Origin: a virus | Taxonomy: Duplodnaviria > Caudoviricetes | Virus record (IMG/VR): IMGVR_UViG_3300006155_000002 | DNA: 64,000 nt | Strand: one strand, 5' to 3' | Part shown: piece after piece, positions 8,511 through 18,338 of the stretch | Position numbering within the stretch: the first letter of the stretch is position 1 | How the letters are laid out: every line of letters begins with the position of its first letter | Made by a program: the position numbers and the translations under genes | The notes under the pieces: model-generated | The model's database searches: none | The model's input: the letters and a program-made list of their open reading frames with translations, nothing else | Told to the model about the DNA's origin: nothing

Positions 8511-9029
8511 TCAGCTTCCTGTAGAGCCCATACCGCCGTTTCTGATGGCGTTTACACTATCTCCATATGTAACTCCATATGGAATGAAGATGCCCTGTAT
8601 GAAGCCATCTCCAGCCTTTATTACCATGTCTTTTCGCCCATCGTTTGATACCTTGGCAAAGATATGTCCCTCGTTGTCGGAGTTATAGTAATCGCTGTCA
8701 ACGACTCCAATGGTATTGTCAAGTTGGAAACGGTACTTGAAACCAAGACTGCTGCGTGGCACACACCCAAGAAACCAACCGTCGCTGATTTTTACACGGA
8801 TTCCTGTTGGGATTTTGATTGTACCGCCAGAATTCAGAGTGAATTCAAATGGTGCCTTGAAGTCATATCCGGCTGAGCCAGAGGTGGCTCTGGATGGTAT
8901 CTTGATATTGTCATATACCTTTTTGAGATAATTATCAGAATTTACCCATTCATAAATTGAGCTATACTCGCTTTTCATGGCATCCTGGAACTGCTCAAAG
9001 CTGACTTTTTCAAATCTTCCTACCTGCAT
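8511..9029 (-). CDS. dut: Trimeric dUTPase
   Basis: SAGYDF, PRSSLG, GVVDSDY, QGIF, RNGGMGSTG motifs. Confidence 0.95.
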   Translation of the reverse strand: MQVGRFEKVSFEQFQDAMKSEYSSIYEWVNSDNYLKKVYDNIKIPSRATSGSAGYDFKAPFEFTLNSGGTIKIPTGIRVKISDGWFLGCVPRSSLGFKYRFQLDNTIGVVDSDYYNSDNEGHIFAKVSNDGRKDMVIKAGDGFIQGIFIPYGVTYGDSVNAIRNGGMGSTGS

Positions 9030-9033
9030 CTTA

Positions 9034-9522
9034 TTATTCTCCTCTTGTACGCTTCCAGTAATTCTTCATCTTGTAGTCAGAACAATGCGTAATTTCTCCG
9101 ATGTAATTGAAGGGTGGTTTGAATTCCTGCTCAGCTTCTACACTTGGGAATTCTACCTCGGCATACATGAATTCTGTATCAGACCCCTTGTCAACATGAG
9201 AACACTCAAGTTCAAGCCCATCTGGAAGTTCATAAATTCGGAAATCTTTTATTATAAAAGGCTGTGTAAACATTTCAGCAATAGCGTAGAAGTGTTCTCT
9301 GGGGATATGAAATTCGACCTCTTTTCGAACCATTTTGCCATCAGTCTTGATAGCAAGGTAGTATGCAATATCCTTGCCATTAACAACATTGCGCCGGATT
9401 CTGACCTCTGGCTGAATTGACAGATATGCTTGATAGACTTGAAATGCTTCTTTCAACGGAAGATCATCCGGGAAAGATTCGATCAGAAATTTACGTTCAA
9501 TCTCTGCAAATTGATTTTGCAT
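9034..9522 (-). CDS. CYTH-domain protein (triphosphate tunnel enzyme)
   Basis: EIERKFL (ExExK), QAYL, EVRIR, RKEVEF, YAEVEF. Confidence 0.85.
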   Translation of the reverse strand: MQNQFAEIERKFLIESFPDDLPLKEAFQVYQAYLSIQPEVRIRRNVVNGKDIAYYLAIKTDGKMVRKEVEFHIPREHFYAIAEMFTQPFIIKDFRIYELPDGLELECSHVDKGSDTEFMYAEVEFPSVEAEQEFKPPFNYIGEITHCSDYKMKNYWKRTRGE

Positions 9523-9545
9523 CTATGCGCTCCTTTCAATTGCTA

Positions 9546-9788
9546 TCAATCCTTATGAATGGCGTGATAGAGCAGATTGCCCAGCAAAGCTCCAATAACA
9601 GCGGTCAAGAAGACTTCCAGTGGAGATGTTTCGATAATGCCATCCATCTCGACACCAGTCTCAATTTTGCAGTTGTCATTGGCAGATTCTGATGGTATGG
9701 CTACCGTTTCAACGGTAGTTTCACCAATCACTTTTCCAAACTCGTCGAAATCATATGTAGTTTTAGTAGTCGTAGTTTTCTTGTCCAT
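9546..9788 (-). CDS. Hypothetical protein with C-terminal TM
   Basis: AAGGA SD before MDKKTT. Confidence 0.55.
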   Translation of the reverse strand: MDKKTTTTKTTYDFDEFGKVIGETTVETVAIPSESANDNCKIETGVEMDGIIETSPLEVFLTAVIGALLGNLLYHAIHKD

Positions 9789-10140
9789 AGTCCTTTTCCT
9801 TTCTGCGTTGGTATTCTGTGTTGCGCACGACAGTGAATAGGGTTTCACGATCAATGTTCTCACTGTAAAGAACACGATTGAATCTATGGCCTCGCGCATT
9901 ACCATCGGCTCTTAAGCACCTGATATAGCTTCCGTTTTTGAATACGATTCGATAATCGAAGCGCCTAATTTGATCAATCGCGTTGCGTTCTTCCTCATCA
10001 TATTTTGTAGCACATAGTATGTCACTAAAAGCACATTCAGCGTCTCTTACGGTTTTTGTAAATAAGCCAACTGTATAGTATGGCTCCTCTACGCACGTTC
10101 TGATGGCTTTCAAGACCTCAAGATAATCTATTTTTCTCAT
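9763..10140 (-). CDS. Hypothetical protein (weak terminase-ATPase-like motif)
   Basis: IVFKNGSYI...ARGHRFN; ATGA overlap with nrdG. Confidence 0.6.
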   Translation of the reverse strand: MRKIDYLEVLKAIRTCVEEPYYTVGLFTKTVRDAECAFSDILCATKYDEEERNAIDQIRRFDYRIVFKNGSYIRCLRADGNARGHRFNRVLYSENIDRETLFTVVRNTEYQRRKEKDYGQENYDY

Positions 10141-10655
10141 TTTCGATACTCCACTACATGGCCCGCCCGTAGACTGGCTTGCACATCAATGACACGTTGA
10201 TTTTCAGAACCGCGCCAAACCAGTTTACGGTCTGCAAGCTCCTGTTTGAATGGGCCGTCTATGACAACATCACATTGATCGATCAGTCTGAATTCCAGCG
10301 CTTTGTTTGGAACAGATGGACTAACGATATCCTCCCATACATATCCGGTCCACAGCCATACAGTCTTACCCATCTTGTGAACCTTTTTGCATATACTCGT
10401 CAGGAGCTCTAACCCATATGGTTCTTGGCATAATGGATCACCACCCAAAATGGATAGCCCAGATATAGTTGACCCTTTCACTATATCCAGAAGTTCCTTC
10501 ACAACATTCTCTGTGAGCTCTTCACCGTAATCGTAATCCTGCGCTTCTGGATTAAAACACCCAGGACAATGAAAATCACAACCGCTTACGAAGAGGGAGA
10601 CTCGAACTCCCTCTCCGTTGGCGATGTCATTATTTCTAATGAGTGCATAGTTCAT
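10137..10655 (-). CDS. nrdG: Anaerobic ribonucleotide reductase activating protein
   Basis: GVRVSLFVSGCDFHCPGCFN radical SAM motif; GGDPL; WRGSENQ. Confidence 0.97.
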   Translation of the reverse strand: MNYALIRNNDIANGEGVRVSLFVSGCDFHCPGCFNPEAQDYDYGEELTENVVKELLDIVKGSTISGLSILGGDPLCQEPYGLELLTSICKKVHKMGKTVWLWTGYVWEDIVSPSVPNKALEFRLIDQCDVVIDGPFKQELADRKLVWRGSENQRVIDVQASLRAGHVVEYRK

Positions 10656-10664
10656 TTTGCGACC

Positions 10665-13001
10665 TCAATCATCTTTCCTCATAAACTCGTGGTCTTGTTC
10701 AGAGATACGTGTGTGTCCATCTTCCTTTTGAATACGACCAGATCCACCCAAATGAACATAACGTTGCGCGATCTCCCTTGTTCGCCCCTGATTCCAGTCA
10801 TTCAATCCAATATAGCCACAGGTACGACGAGCAATATTCATCTTGTTCTTATCAGTATTTCCGCAGTTTGGGCACTTCCAAATCAATTTTCCACGATTAT
10901 CCTCTACAATTTCAATCTCCTGATCCCAATCACATACTTGACAGTAATCTGATTTTGTATTTAGCTCTGCGTACATGATATTTTCATATATGTATTGAAG
11001 AACAGACATGACGGCAGGAAGGTTATCAGAAAGGTTTGCAATCTCAATATAACTAATAGCACCGCCTGGTGAAAGTTGTTGGAACTCGCTCTCAAATTTT
11101 AGTTTGGTAAAAGCATCAATTTCCTCAGTGACATGGACATGGTAGCTATTGGTGATATAATCTCTGTCCGTGATACCCTCAATAACGCCGAAGCGCTTCT
11201 GGAGGCACTTGGCAAACTTGTATGTGGTGGACTCAATTGGTGTACCATACAGGCTGTAGTCCATGTTCTCTGCGGCCTTCCATTGCTTGCACTTGTCGTT
11301 CATGTATCGCATAACATCCAATGCAAACTCCTTGGCCTCCGGGTCTGTATGGCTCTTGCCAGTCATGGCTTTTATACACTCATACAGACCAGCATATCCA
11401 AGTGAGATAGTGGAGTAGCCGCCGTAAAGCAACTTGTCGATGGTCTCACCCTTCTTCAGCCGGGCCAGAGCACCATGTTGCCAGTGGATAGGGGAGGCGT
11501 CAGATAGCGTACCAACCAGGCGCTCATGGCGGAGCTGCAGAGCACGGTGGCACAGCTCAAGGCGCTCGTCAAAAATTTTCCAGAAGTTGTTATGCAATGC
11601 ATTGTTCCACTGGGCATCATCAACATAGGTAATATGGTCGTCGATCATCTTTTTCTGTGCTGACAAACCCACGTCTGGAAGATTGATGGTGACAACCCCT
11701 TGATTGAAACGACCGTAATACTTTGGCTCTCCGTTTTCGTCCAAATATGGTGTGAGGAAGGAACGACATCCCATGCAGGTATAGCAGTGCCCATCGCCAT
11801 TTGCGTCAACCTTGTTTTCCAGCATCTTCTTTTCAGAAATATAGTCAGGCACCAGACGCTTGACGGAACATTTGGCACACAATTCGGTCAGATAGTAGTA
11901 TGGAGTTCCTGGTTCAATATTGTCCTCTTCCAACACATAAATGAGTTTCGGGAACGCTGGTGTGATCCATACCCCTTTCTCATTTTTTACGCCTTCCATA
12001 CGTTGTTTGACTACTTCTTCAATAATCATGGCAAGGTCGTTCTTAGTCTGTGGGTCAGTAACCTCATTCAGATACATGAAGACTGTGATGAACGGAGCCT
12101 GGCCATTAGTGGTCATTAGTGTAATAACTTGGTATTGAATGGTTTGTACGCCTTTTTTGACTTCCTCACGAACACGCTGTTCTGTGATTTTGTCAATGAT
12201 CTCGCCATAGGCAACACCGTCAAGCAGGTGATCGAGCGGCACTCCAAACAGTTCGTTTTCCACCTCTTTGCGAATCTTCTGACGAGATATATCCACAAAT
12301 GGTGCAAGGTGCGCAAGAGAAATAGACTGACCACCATACTGGTTTGATGCCACCTGTGCAATAATCTGTGTGGCGATATTGCACGCGGTTGAGAAAGAAT
12401 GAGGCTTTTCAATCAGAGTTCCTGAAATAACTGTCCCGTTCTGGAGCATATCTTCCAGATTGACAAGGCAGCAGTTGTGCATATGCTGGACGTAGTAATC
12501 ACTGTCGTGGAAGTGGATGATACCTTCCTCATGAGCCTGCGTGATTTCCTCTGAAAGGAGAAGCTTATTGGTGATATCACGGCTCAGTTCGCCTGCTATA
12601 TAATCACGTTGCGTGGATAAAATCGCAGGGTTCTTGTTCGAATTTTCTTGAATAACCGTTTCATTGACATTATCAGCAATGGACAGAATCTTTTCATCAA
12701 GAGCACTGGCATTCCGAAGAAGCTCATGCTCATACCGATATTTGATGTACGCCTTTGCTACAGCGTACTCTCCTTCTTTCATGAGTTCCGTCTCAACATC
12801 ATCTTGGATCTCCTCAACAGAAATCGCACGATTGCGCTTGCGGTAACGGGATTGCAAGCGGTTGGTGATTTGACGTGTGACCTCTACTTTGTCTCCGAGC
12901 GGAATCAGCTTGTCCACCTCAACGAAAGCGTTGTTAATAGCGTTGTAAATTTTGTTTCTGTCAAAATCAGCTTCTCTGCCATCTCGTTTGATGACAACCA
13001 T
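10665..13001 (-). CDS. nrdD: Anaerobic ribonucleoside-triphosphate reductase
   Basis: ATP cone (VIKRDG), HFHD, NCCL, MGCRSFL, RRTCGYIG glycyl-radical loop. Confidence 0.97.
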   Translation of the reverse strand: MVVIKRDGREADFDRNKIYNAINNAFVEVDKLIPLGDKVEVTRQITNRLQSRYRKRNRAISVEEIQDDVETELMKEGEYAVAKAYIKYRYEHELLRNASALDEKILSIADNVNETVIQENSNKNPAILSTQRDYIAGELSRDITNKLLLSEEITQAHEEGIIHFHDSDYYVQHMHNCCLVNLEDMLQNGTVISGTLIEKPHSFSTACNIATQIIAQVASNQYGGQSISLAHLAPFVDISRQKIRKEVENELFGVPLDHLLDGVAYGEIIDKITEQRVREEVKKGVQTIQYQVITLMTTNGQAPFITVFMYLNEVTDPQTKNDLAMIIEEVVKQRMEGVKNEKGVWITPAFPKLIYVLEEDNIEPGTPYYYLTELCAKCSVKRLVPDYISEKKMLENKVDANGDGHCYTCMGCRSFLTPYLDENGEPKYYGRFNQGVVTINLPDVGLSAQKKMIDDHITYVDDAQWNNALHNNFWKIFDERLELCHRALQLRHERLVGTLSDASPIHWQHGALARLKKGETIDKLLYGGYSTISLGYAGLYECIKAMTGKSHTDPEAKEFALDVMRYMNDKCKQWKAAENMDYSLYGTPIESTTYKFAKCLQKRFGVIEGITDRDYITNSYHVHVTEEIDAFTKLKFESEFQQLSPGGAISYIEIANLSDNLPAVMSVLQYIYENIMYAELNTKSDYCQVCDWDQEIEIVEDNRGKLIWKCPNCGNTDKNKMNIARRTCGYIGLNDWNQGRTREIAQRYVHLGGSGRIQKEDGHTRISEQDHEFMRKDD

Positions 13002-13045
13002 AATGTTCGACCCCCTTGTGTAGATATTTTTATGGGACACCCTTT

Positions 13046-13603
13046 TTATTCGTTTGCAATCTTCTGAATCTCGTCGTATGCCTCGACCCAGTTATGCACT
13101 CTTACTGCGCCAACCCCATTTTCATCCAGATCCAGATTGTGCATAGCGCTCATAAGGATTTTCTTATATGAACCGCCATAGAAATTATGGATGCCATCAT
13201 CTACAAGAACATCACCAGCAATAAGCTGCTTTCGGCTTGTAATAATTACGTCGTCCCAACTTATGAACGGAAAGTATCGGAACAAGACTTTTTCAGTCTT
13301 TGCTCGAATCGTATGGTAGGTGGAAGCCGTTACAATCAGGACATCATGACCGTCGTTTTTGAGCTTCACAAGAGCGTCCGCCGCTCCCTCGACTGGTTTG
13401 ACCCAGTCCCAGAAATCGTCCTCAAACAGAGGAGCATAAACCTGTGGCTTGGTAAGTGCGGGAAATGCCTGTGATACATCCCACTGGTTGACTGCTTCAT
13501 ATGGTACATTGAGACCATATTTGTGGTTCAGGTATTCGCACCATGCAAGCGACAGCTTCTCTATGCAGTCGTCCATATCAACCAGCACAGTTAGCTTTCT
13601 CAT
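13046..13603 (-). CDS. 5'(3')-deoxyribonucleotidase (NT5C, HAD)
   Basis: VDMDD, IVTAS, LVDDGIHN motifs. Confidence 0.9.
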   Translation of the reverse strand: MRKLTVLVDMDDCIEKLSLAWCEYLNHKYGLNVPYEAVNQWDVSQAFPALTKPQVYAPLFEDDFWDWVKPVEGAADALVKLKNDGHDVLIVTASTYHTIRAKTEKVLFRYFPFISWDDVIITSRKQLIAGDVLVDDGIHNFYGGSYKKILMSAMHNLDLDENGVGAVRVHNWVEAYDEIQKIANE

Positions 13604-14034
13604 GGTGTACTCCTCCCAGCATTGAACCCTCCCATGAGTTCATCAAACGTCATTTGGTCTGGATCTTCTTTGGGCTCGCTGAGATAATGCGGCATATCAT
13701 CAAATTCAGTTTGACCAAGTTCTTGGTGATGAATGATGGCAAGGATGTTCCATGCGGCAGCGGAAAGATGATCCTCGTCCTCCATGCCCATGATGAACTT
13801 ATCAAGATGCCTCTTAGCAGAATCTATGTATCGAGAGAATGGCATACCTTTCTCCCAGTTTCGGTCAGTATATTTTCTGGCGCCTGCTTCATACCACATA
13901 GCGAGACGGCGGATTCCAAATGGCGTGATAAGGTCATACCGGCCTTTCCCGGTGGAAGGCTCGCGCATAGCAAGCCCTTCTCCGTAGACAATACGTTCGC
14001 CACCATCATTGATTTTTTCGTCTGTATAGCTCAT
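13600..14034 (-). CDS. dATP/dGTP diphosphohydrolase-domain protein (DUF5664-like)
   Basis: GKGRYDLI...GARKYTDRNWEKG...RH...EDHLSAAAWN. Confidence 0.85.
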   Translation of the reverse strand: MSYTDEKINDGGERIVYGEGLAMREPSTGKGRYDLITPFGIRRLAMWYEAGARKYTDRNWEKGMPFSRYIDSAKRHLDKFIMGMEDEDHLSAAAWNILAIIHHQELGQTEFDDMPHYLSEPKEDPDQMTFDELMGGFNAGRSTP

Positions 14035-14717
14035 ATCAAACACTCCTTTTTAGGCGTCATACCACAGGTATACCGTTCCTTACAGAAACCCATATACTGA
14101 CACTTTGGCATGAGATAGTGGTCAACTATATATTCCCATTCTGGGGAATACTCACTAAGCGCTGCACGGATATCAGCAAACAAGCCACGGTATTCATGGT
14201 ATGCACGAATACACATCCGTTGGTGTGACATATCAATCAAGTTGCGAAGATTACGCTTATCCACAATCTTTGTTTCCATGCCAAGCGGCAGACCAAGAGC
14301 AGAATCCTCCCTTGGAATCTTGAGCGCGTCCAGCTTATTAAGTGATGCACTGATGTACTGCATAAGGTCATTGTAAATCGCAAGAGCCTCATCATTTCCG
14401 GCAATGCTTGGAGGTGTGACATAAGCAAACCCATGTTCATAATCAATATATCGAGTGCTGGCCTGAAGCCTTGTGGGAGCGCCACCGATGTGGGTATACC
14501 ACTCCCGGATGACTCTGGCCGAGTAGCCATCCAGAATCATGTAGATATCCGGAAACTCGAATGTTCGGCCATGCTCGCTCTCCAAACAATCAAGACCGCG
14601 CTTATAGTTTTTTTTAGCATCAGAGGTATCTGCTCCCCAGCATATTCCGGCCTCTGTGCCAATCATTGTGATAGGATTTTTTATGGTGTAGTCGCTTTGG
14701 ATAAATACTTTCCCCAT
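14031..14717 (-). CDS. thyX: FAD-dependent thymidylate synthase
   Basis: HGRTFEF, SARVIREWYTH, QASTRY, PREDSALGLP, NLRNL, RMCIRAYHE. Confidence 0.9.
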   Translation of the reverse strand: MGKVFIQSDYTIKNPITMIGTEAGICWGADTSDAKKNYKRGLDCLESEHGRTFEFPDIYMILDGYSARVIREWYTHIGGAPTRLQASTRYIDYEHGFAYVTPPSIAGNDEALAIYNDLMQYISASLNKLDALKIPREDSALGLPLGMETKIVDKRNLRNLIDMSHQRMCIRAYHEYRGLFADIRAALSEYSPEWEYIVDHYLMPKCQYMGFCKERYTCGMTPKKECLI

Positions 14718-14725
14718 GCAATTCC

Positions 14726-15346
14726 TCAACTTTCATATGGAGATGGTAGGCTGTAATTCCATATGGAATAATTGCCTTTATACGCGTTGCGAAAGTAATT
14801 ATGTACGCCATCTCCTGTATAATGGGTATAGTCTTTTGGCAGCACTCTGCCGACTGACACCTCTCCGTTTCGTTCCGCATTCCACCGAGTAAGTACATCC
14901 TGGGCGAGCCAATAAAGCTTGTCAGTTACAGGTGTATTATAGTAATAGGCAAATTGATTTGGCGCGGTCATAACCTCTGTAACCGTATAGCCAGAAAATC
15001 GTTCGTCATCTACACGATTGCAAACTGTCCAGGCAACACAGGCTTTTTCCGTATCACTTGGAATACCTCTACACTCCCGATAAAGCAGCTTTGCCATCAT
15101 TACAACCTCGTTCTCGGTGTAATACATAACTTCCGTTTCGGCCTCGATGTCCGAATCGGCTACAACGTTTTCTTTAATTTCCGGTGTTGGTGTAGGATCA
15201 ATCATCAAAGGTGTTACTTCGATGTTATCCGTTACTTTGACCAGTACATTGCTTTCGTGGCTATCATAACTTGTACCAGAAGATATGGATATCATCAGTA
15301 AAAGCATAATAACTACCATCAGTGTTAGAATTAAAGAGCGTTTCAT
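14726..15346 (-). CDS. Cell wall hydrolase, SleB/Hydrolase_2 family
   Basis: Signal peptide; AKLLYRECRG...VAWTVCNRV...QFAY. Confidence 0.85.
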   Translation of the reverse strand: MKRSLILTLMVVIMLLLMISISSGTSYDSHESNVLVKVTDNIEVTPLMIDPTPTPEIKENVVADSDIEAETEVMYYTENEVVMMAKLLYRECRGIPSDTEKACVAWTVCNRVDDERFSGYTVTEVMTAPNQFAYYYNTPVTDKLYWLAQDVLTRWNAERNGEVSVGRVLPKDYTHYTGDGVHNYFRNAYKGNYSIWNYSLPSPYES

Positions 15347-15374
15347 AGAGCACCTCCAATCATCGTTAGCAACG

Positions 15375-15400
15375 AAAAGGACGGTGCTTCTGCACCGTCC
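15375..15400 (-). terminator. Intrinsic terminator
   Basis: GGACGGTGC/GCACCGTCC stem + TTTT on - strand. Confidence 0.75.
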
Positions 15401-15691
15401 CTACGTTGCCTCCCCGTGTGATCGGGTATACGCATAGTTTGTAAACTCAATACTGCACTCCCGGTCATACCAGCAGTTGTCAAACTGGCTGTATATGGGG
15501 ATTGTTCGTTTCATTTTCACTTTCACCGGCTCAGGTATCGTAGCTGCTTCACGCACTAACGATAGAAATTGTTGTTCCAGCATTATTCTCGGAGCAGCCA
15601 CACTGGATACACGAATTCCATTTTGAGTAGCTATCTCGAAATCAACATCAAAAATTTCAAAGCGATCATGCGGAGGCATTATTGCCACCAC
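15401..15691 (-). CDS. Hypothetical protein
   Basis: ORF in operon, overlaps the upstream gene. Confidence 0.6.
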   Translation of the reverse strand: MVAIMPPHDRFEIFDVDFEIATQNGIRVSSVAAPRIMLEQQFLSLVREAATIPEPVKVKMKRTIPIYSQFDNCWYDRECSIEFTNYAYTRSHGEAT

Positions 15692-16154
15692 CTCTTATGA
15701 TAGCCATGAAGCAGTCTTCGTCGATTTCGACATCTGCGTCATCTACGGCAGACATTTGTGGCTTGCTTGGATAGTGCTGAGCATCAACCCAATCGCCGCC
15801 ATCACCGAACGGACCACCTATTATTCCCCAGTTATCACCAGCATAAGTCCGATTTTCATAGAGTGGTCTACCTTGATATTCAATACGGAACGGAATATCC
15901 GCATCCATGTTTTCTTCTGGAACTATAAGGAATCTCCCGGTTTCCACTTCTTCAGATACTATGATAGGAGTTCCCATGAACCTTGAGACATACCCAGTAT
16001 TGTTTTCAATATCGCTTGCGCTGGAATATATGCCTCTACCATTGTCCCAAAGCAAATTTAGCGTCTCATGGTTACAAACAATCATTCCTGGTGACTTGCC
16101 TGTTCGCACCCTCATTTCATCAATCATTTGAGCGACTTCTTCTGTAATGTTCAT
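15666..16154 (-). CDS. Hypothetical protein
   Basis: GAGG SD; 162 aa. Confidence 0.65.
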   Translation of the reverse strand: MNITEEVAQMIDEMRVRTGKSPGMIVCNHETLNLLWDNGRGIYSSASDIENNTGYVSRFMGTPIIVSEEVETGRFLIVPEENMDADIPFRIEYQGRPLYENRTYAGDNWGIIGGPFGDGGDWVDAQHYPSKPQMSAVDDADVEIDEDCFMAIIRGGGNNASA

Positions 16155-16367
16155 TTAGACCTCACTTTCCACTGGCGAGATCTTGCATTTGGGAAGTATG
16201 TATTCATCCATCAACTTGTCAAAGCAGTCACAGCACAAATCAAGATTGATGGTATCACCGTCAAAACCGCTGCCATAACCGACAGACGGATAGTGGAATC
16301 CAAAACCTTCTTGTGTATCCCACTCGTCAAATTCTTTCCCGCACATATTACAAACTCGCTTTATCAT
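16155..16367 (-). CDS. Small Zn-finger protein
   Basis: CNMCG ... LCCDC. Confidence 0.7.
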   Translation of the reverse strand: MIKRVCNMCGKEFDEWDTQEGFGFHYPSVGYGSGFDGDTINLDLCCDCFDKLMDEYILPKCKISPVESEV

Positions 16368-16410
16368 CTATTCTCACCCCTTTCAATTAAAATTGATTCA
16401 AACAGATGCA

Positions 16411-18015
16411 TTATGCCGCTACTGTGTTTCGCCATTCTTCCATGCTGTGACAGATTTCTTTTCTTGCATATTCAGGAAGATTTGCTGCCGTAATTAGGCC
16501 AGCAAGGTCTGGACACACAGCGTTTCCGCACTTTTCCATCTGTTCTGATGTTGCCATTTTGTCTCCATTGGTATCCACATCAAAGACATAGTCTGGTGCA
16601 AAACCCATGGCTCTGTATGCTTCTTTAGGCTTTAGCATCCGAAGTCCGATATCGAAGATGTAATACCAGCTCCCATCAATGTCTTTGAGTAAAACATCGT
16701 CGTCCTTCAAGTCGTAGCCAGCCCACTTGTTCATGATTTCTCGCACTTTAGGCCAGTTGCCCATATCATCGCAGACGTCATACCGCACAACTTTTGTTTT
16801 GTTAGCCGTATGCTGGACAATATTGCTACCGTTAAATTGACATATGTGGGCAAACACAAGCCCTTCACGATCACGAGCTGTCACTGTATGAAGCGGTTCT
16901 TCAATATCCTGGCCATGTGTATCGTTCCCGTAATACTTGGTCAGAATGGGAGTAACTACACCATATCGGTTAGAAGCATCCAGCGTCATGATAGGATCAT
17001 TAACACCTTGTCCTCGCACATTTTCTGACTGTTCTGTATGATACTGAACGAGATATGGAGTGGTACACGGCACCGATACCATGTACGGGTTGTCTACCTT
17101 CAACACAAACTTCTCCAGCCCACGGGCAATCCGTCTCAACGTATTGTCTCGAAGCGGTCTGACGGCACGAATTGAATACTTCGCCTTAATATCTTCTTTG
17201 GTATCGAAAATACTTGGTGCTGGCAAAGAGAAGTCAAGAATTTCTGCCGCAGGCGCCCATGGTAGAAGCTCTCCGCTCAAAACGCGCTCAGAACCACGCT
17301 TAGCGTGCGTTTGTTTAGGCCACATAATTGGTTTTCCATCACATCTAAACACGCCGAAAAACCGTGTTCTCGTTGTATGTACGCCATAATCTGCAGCGCA
17401 TAGCTCCTTCCAATCCATTTTATACCCAAGACCAGCAATGAGCTTTTGCGCATCCTCTCCAGAAGGATCGATATGTAAAAACTCACAGCACTCAAGAAGT
17501 GCTGGATGATCCGGCTCAATGCCAGTGGTGAGAATCTTTACGAAACCATCAAAAGTTTCACCGGAATGCTTTGGGTCGGGGTACTTCTTACCATCTCGCT
17601 CGATGAGCGGTCCCCATGTCCTGATTTCTGGCACATTTTCCATCGCCATCACCCTTGGTCTTACGCTGAGAGCCCACTTAACCAACACCCATGATAGACC
17701 TCTGATTTCTTTCTTGACTGGTGTTGCGCCACGCGCACGCGAAAAATGGGTACAATCCGGAGAGAACCACGCAAAACCCATTGGGTAGCCGCCGCAGAAC
17801 TCTTTTGGATCGATAGCGAACACATCTTCTTTGTAGTGTTCTGTGAATGGATGGTTTGTCTGGTGCATCCGGATTGCAGCCAAATCGTGATTCACAGCAC
17901 CGACAACTGGAATATTGGTGTAGCGAACAATACCGTCCGTACTGCCACCTCCACCGCAGAAAAATACGCCAGCGACCTCGCTTGTTTCAATCTTTGCTTT
18001 GTATATGGTTGACAC
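16411..18015 (-). CDS. DNA (cytosine-5) methyltransferase
   Basis: FCGGGG (motif I), SPDC (IV), ENV (VI), TTRTRFF (VIII), CGNAVCP (X); true start may be ATA at 18006. Confidence 0.92.
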   Translation of the reverse strand: MSTIYKAKIETSEVAGVFFCGGGGSTDGIVRYTNIPVVGAVNHDLAAIRMHQTNHPFTEHYKEDVFAIDPKEFCGGYPMGFAWFSPDCTHFSRARGATPVKKEIRGLSWVLVKWALSVRPRVMAMENVPEIRTWGPLIERDGKKYPDPKHSGETFDGFVKILTTGIEPDHPALLECCEFLHIDPSGEDAQKLIAGLGYKMDWKELCAADYGVHTTRTRFFGVFRCDGKPIMWPKQTHAKRGSERVLSGELLPWAPAAEILDFSLPAPSIFDTKEDIKAKYSIRAVRPLRDNTLRRIARGLEKFVLKVDNPYMVSVPCTTPYLVQYHTEQSENVRGQGVNDPIMTLDASNRYGVVTPILTKYYGNDTHGQDIEEPLHTVTARDREGLVFAHICQFNGSNIVQHTANKTKVVRYDVCDDMGNWPKVREIMNKWAGYDLKDDDVLLKDIDGSWYYIFDIGLRMLKPKEAYRAMGFAPDYVFDVDTNGDKMATSEQMEKCGNAVCPDLAGLITAANLPEYARKEICHSMEEWRNTVAA

Positions 18016-18032
18016 CTCTTTCTGTAAAACGG

Positions 18033-18293
18033 TTATTTTGGCCTATACCACATACGATAAGAAACAACTTCCTCAAATCGCACATTATATTTTGATTCTA
18101 AATATTCCATAAATTCGTCTGTGGACAGATCATCCAAAATATCATCAAGTTCCTTGTGGGCCGTAATAGCGGCCTGCCTTATGTCAAAAGGATCTCGGAT
18201 ATTTGCGTCGTAACATCTGCTCAACAACTCAGTCAAGTCATAGTTGTCGAGTTCTTGTGCGGCAGCTTTGGACGCAGCATCGTATTCAAACAA
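18033..18293 (-). CDS. Hypothetical protein
   Basis: ORF in operon. Confidence 0.6.
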   Translation of the reverse strand: MFEYDAASKAAAQELDNYDLTELLSRCYDANIRDPFDIRQAAITAHKELDDILDDLSTDEFMEYLESKYNVRFEEVVSYRMWYRPK

Positions 18294-18338
18294 GACAGTT
18301 CCACCCCTGTAATTAAAGATTATAAAACCGTAGTTTTA

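Noticed and set aside
13600-14034. Z-genome (2-aminoadenine) or 7-deazaguanine pathway
   Set aside because: No PurZ, QueC/D/E, FolE or DpdA is recognisable in this window.
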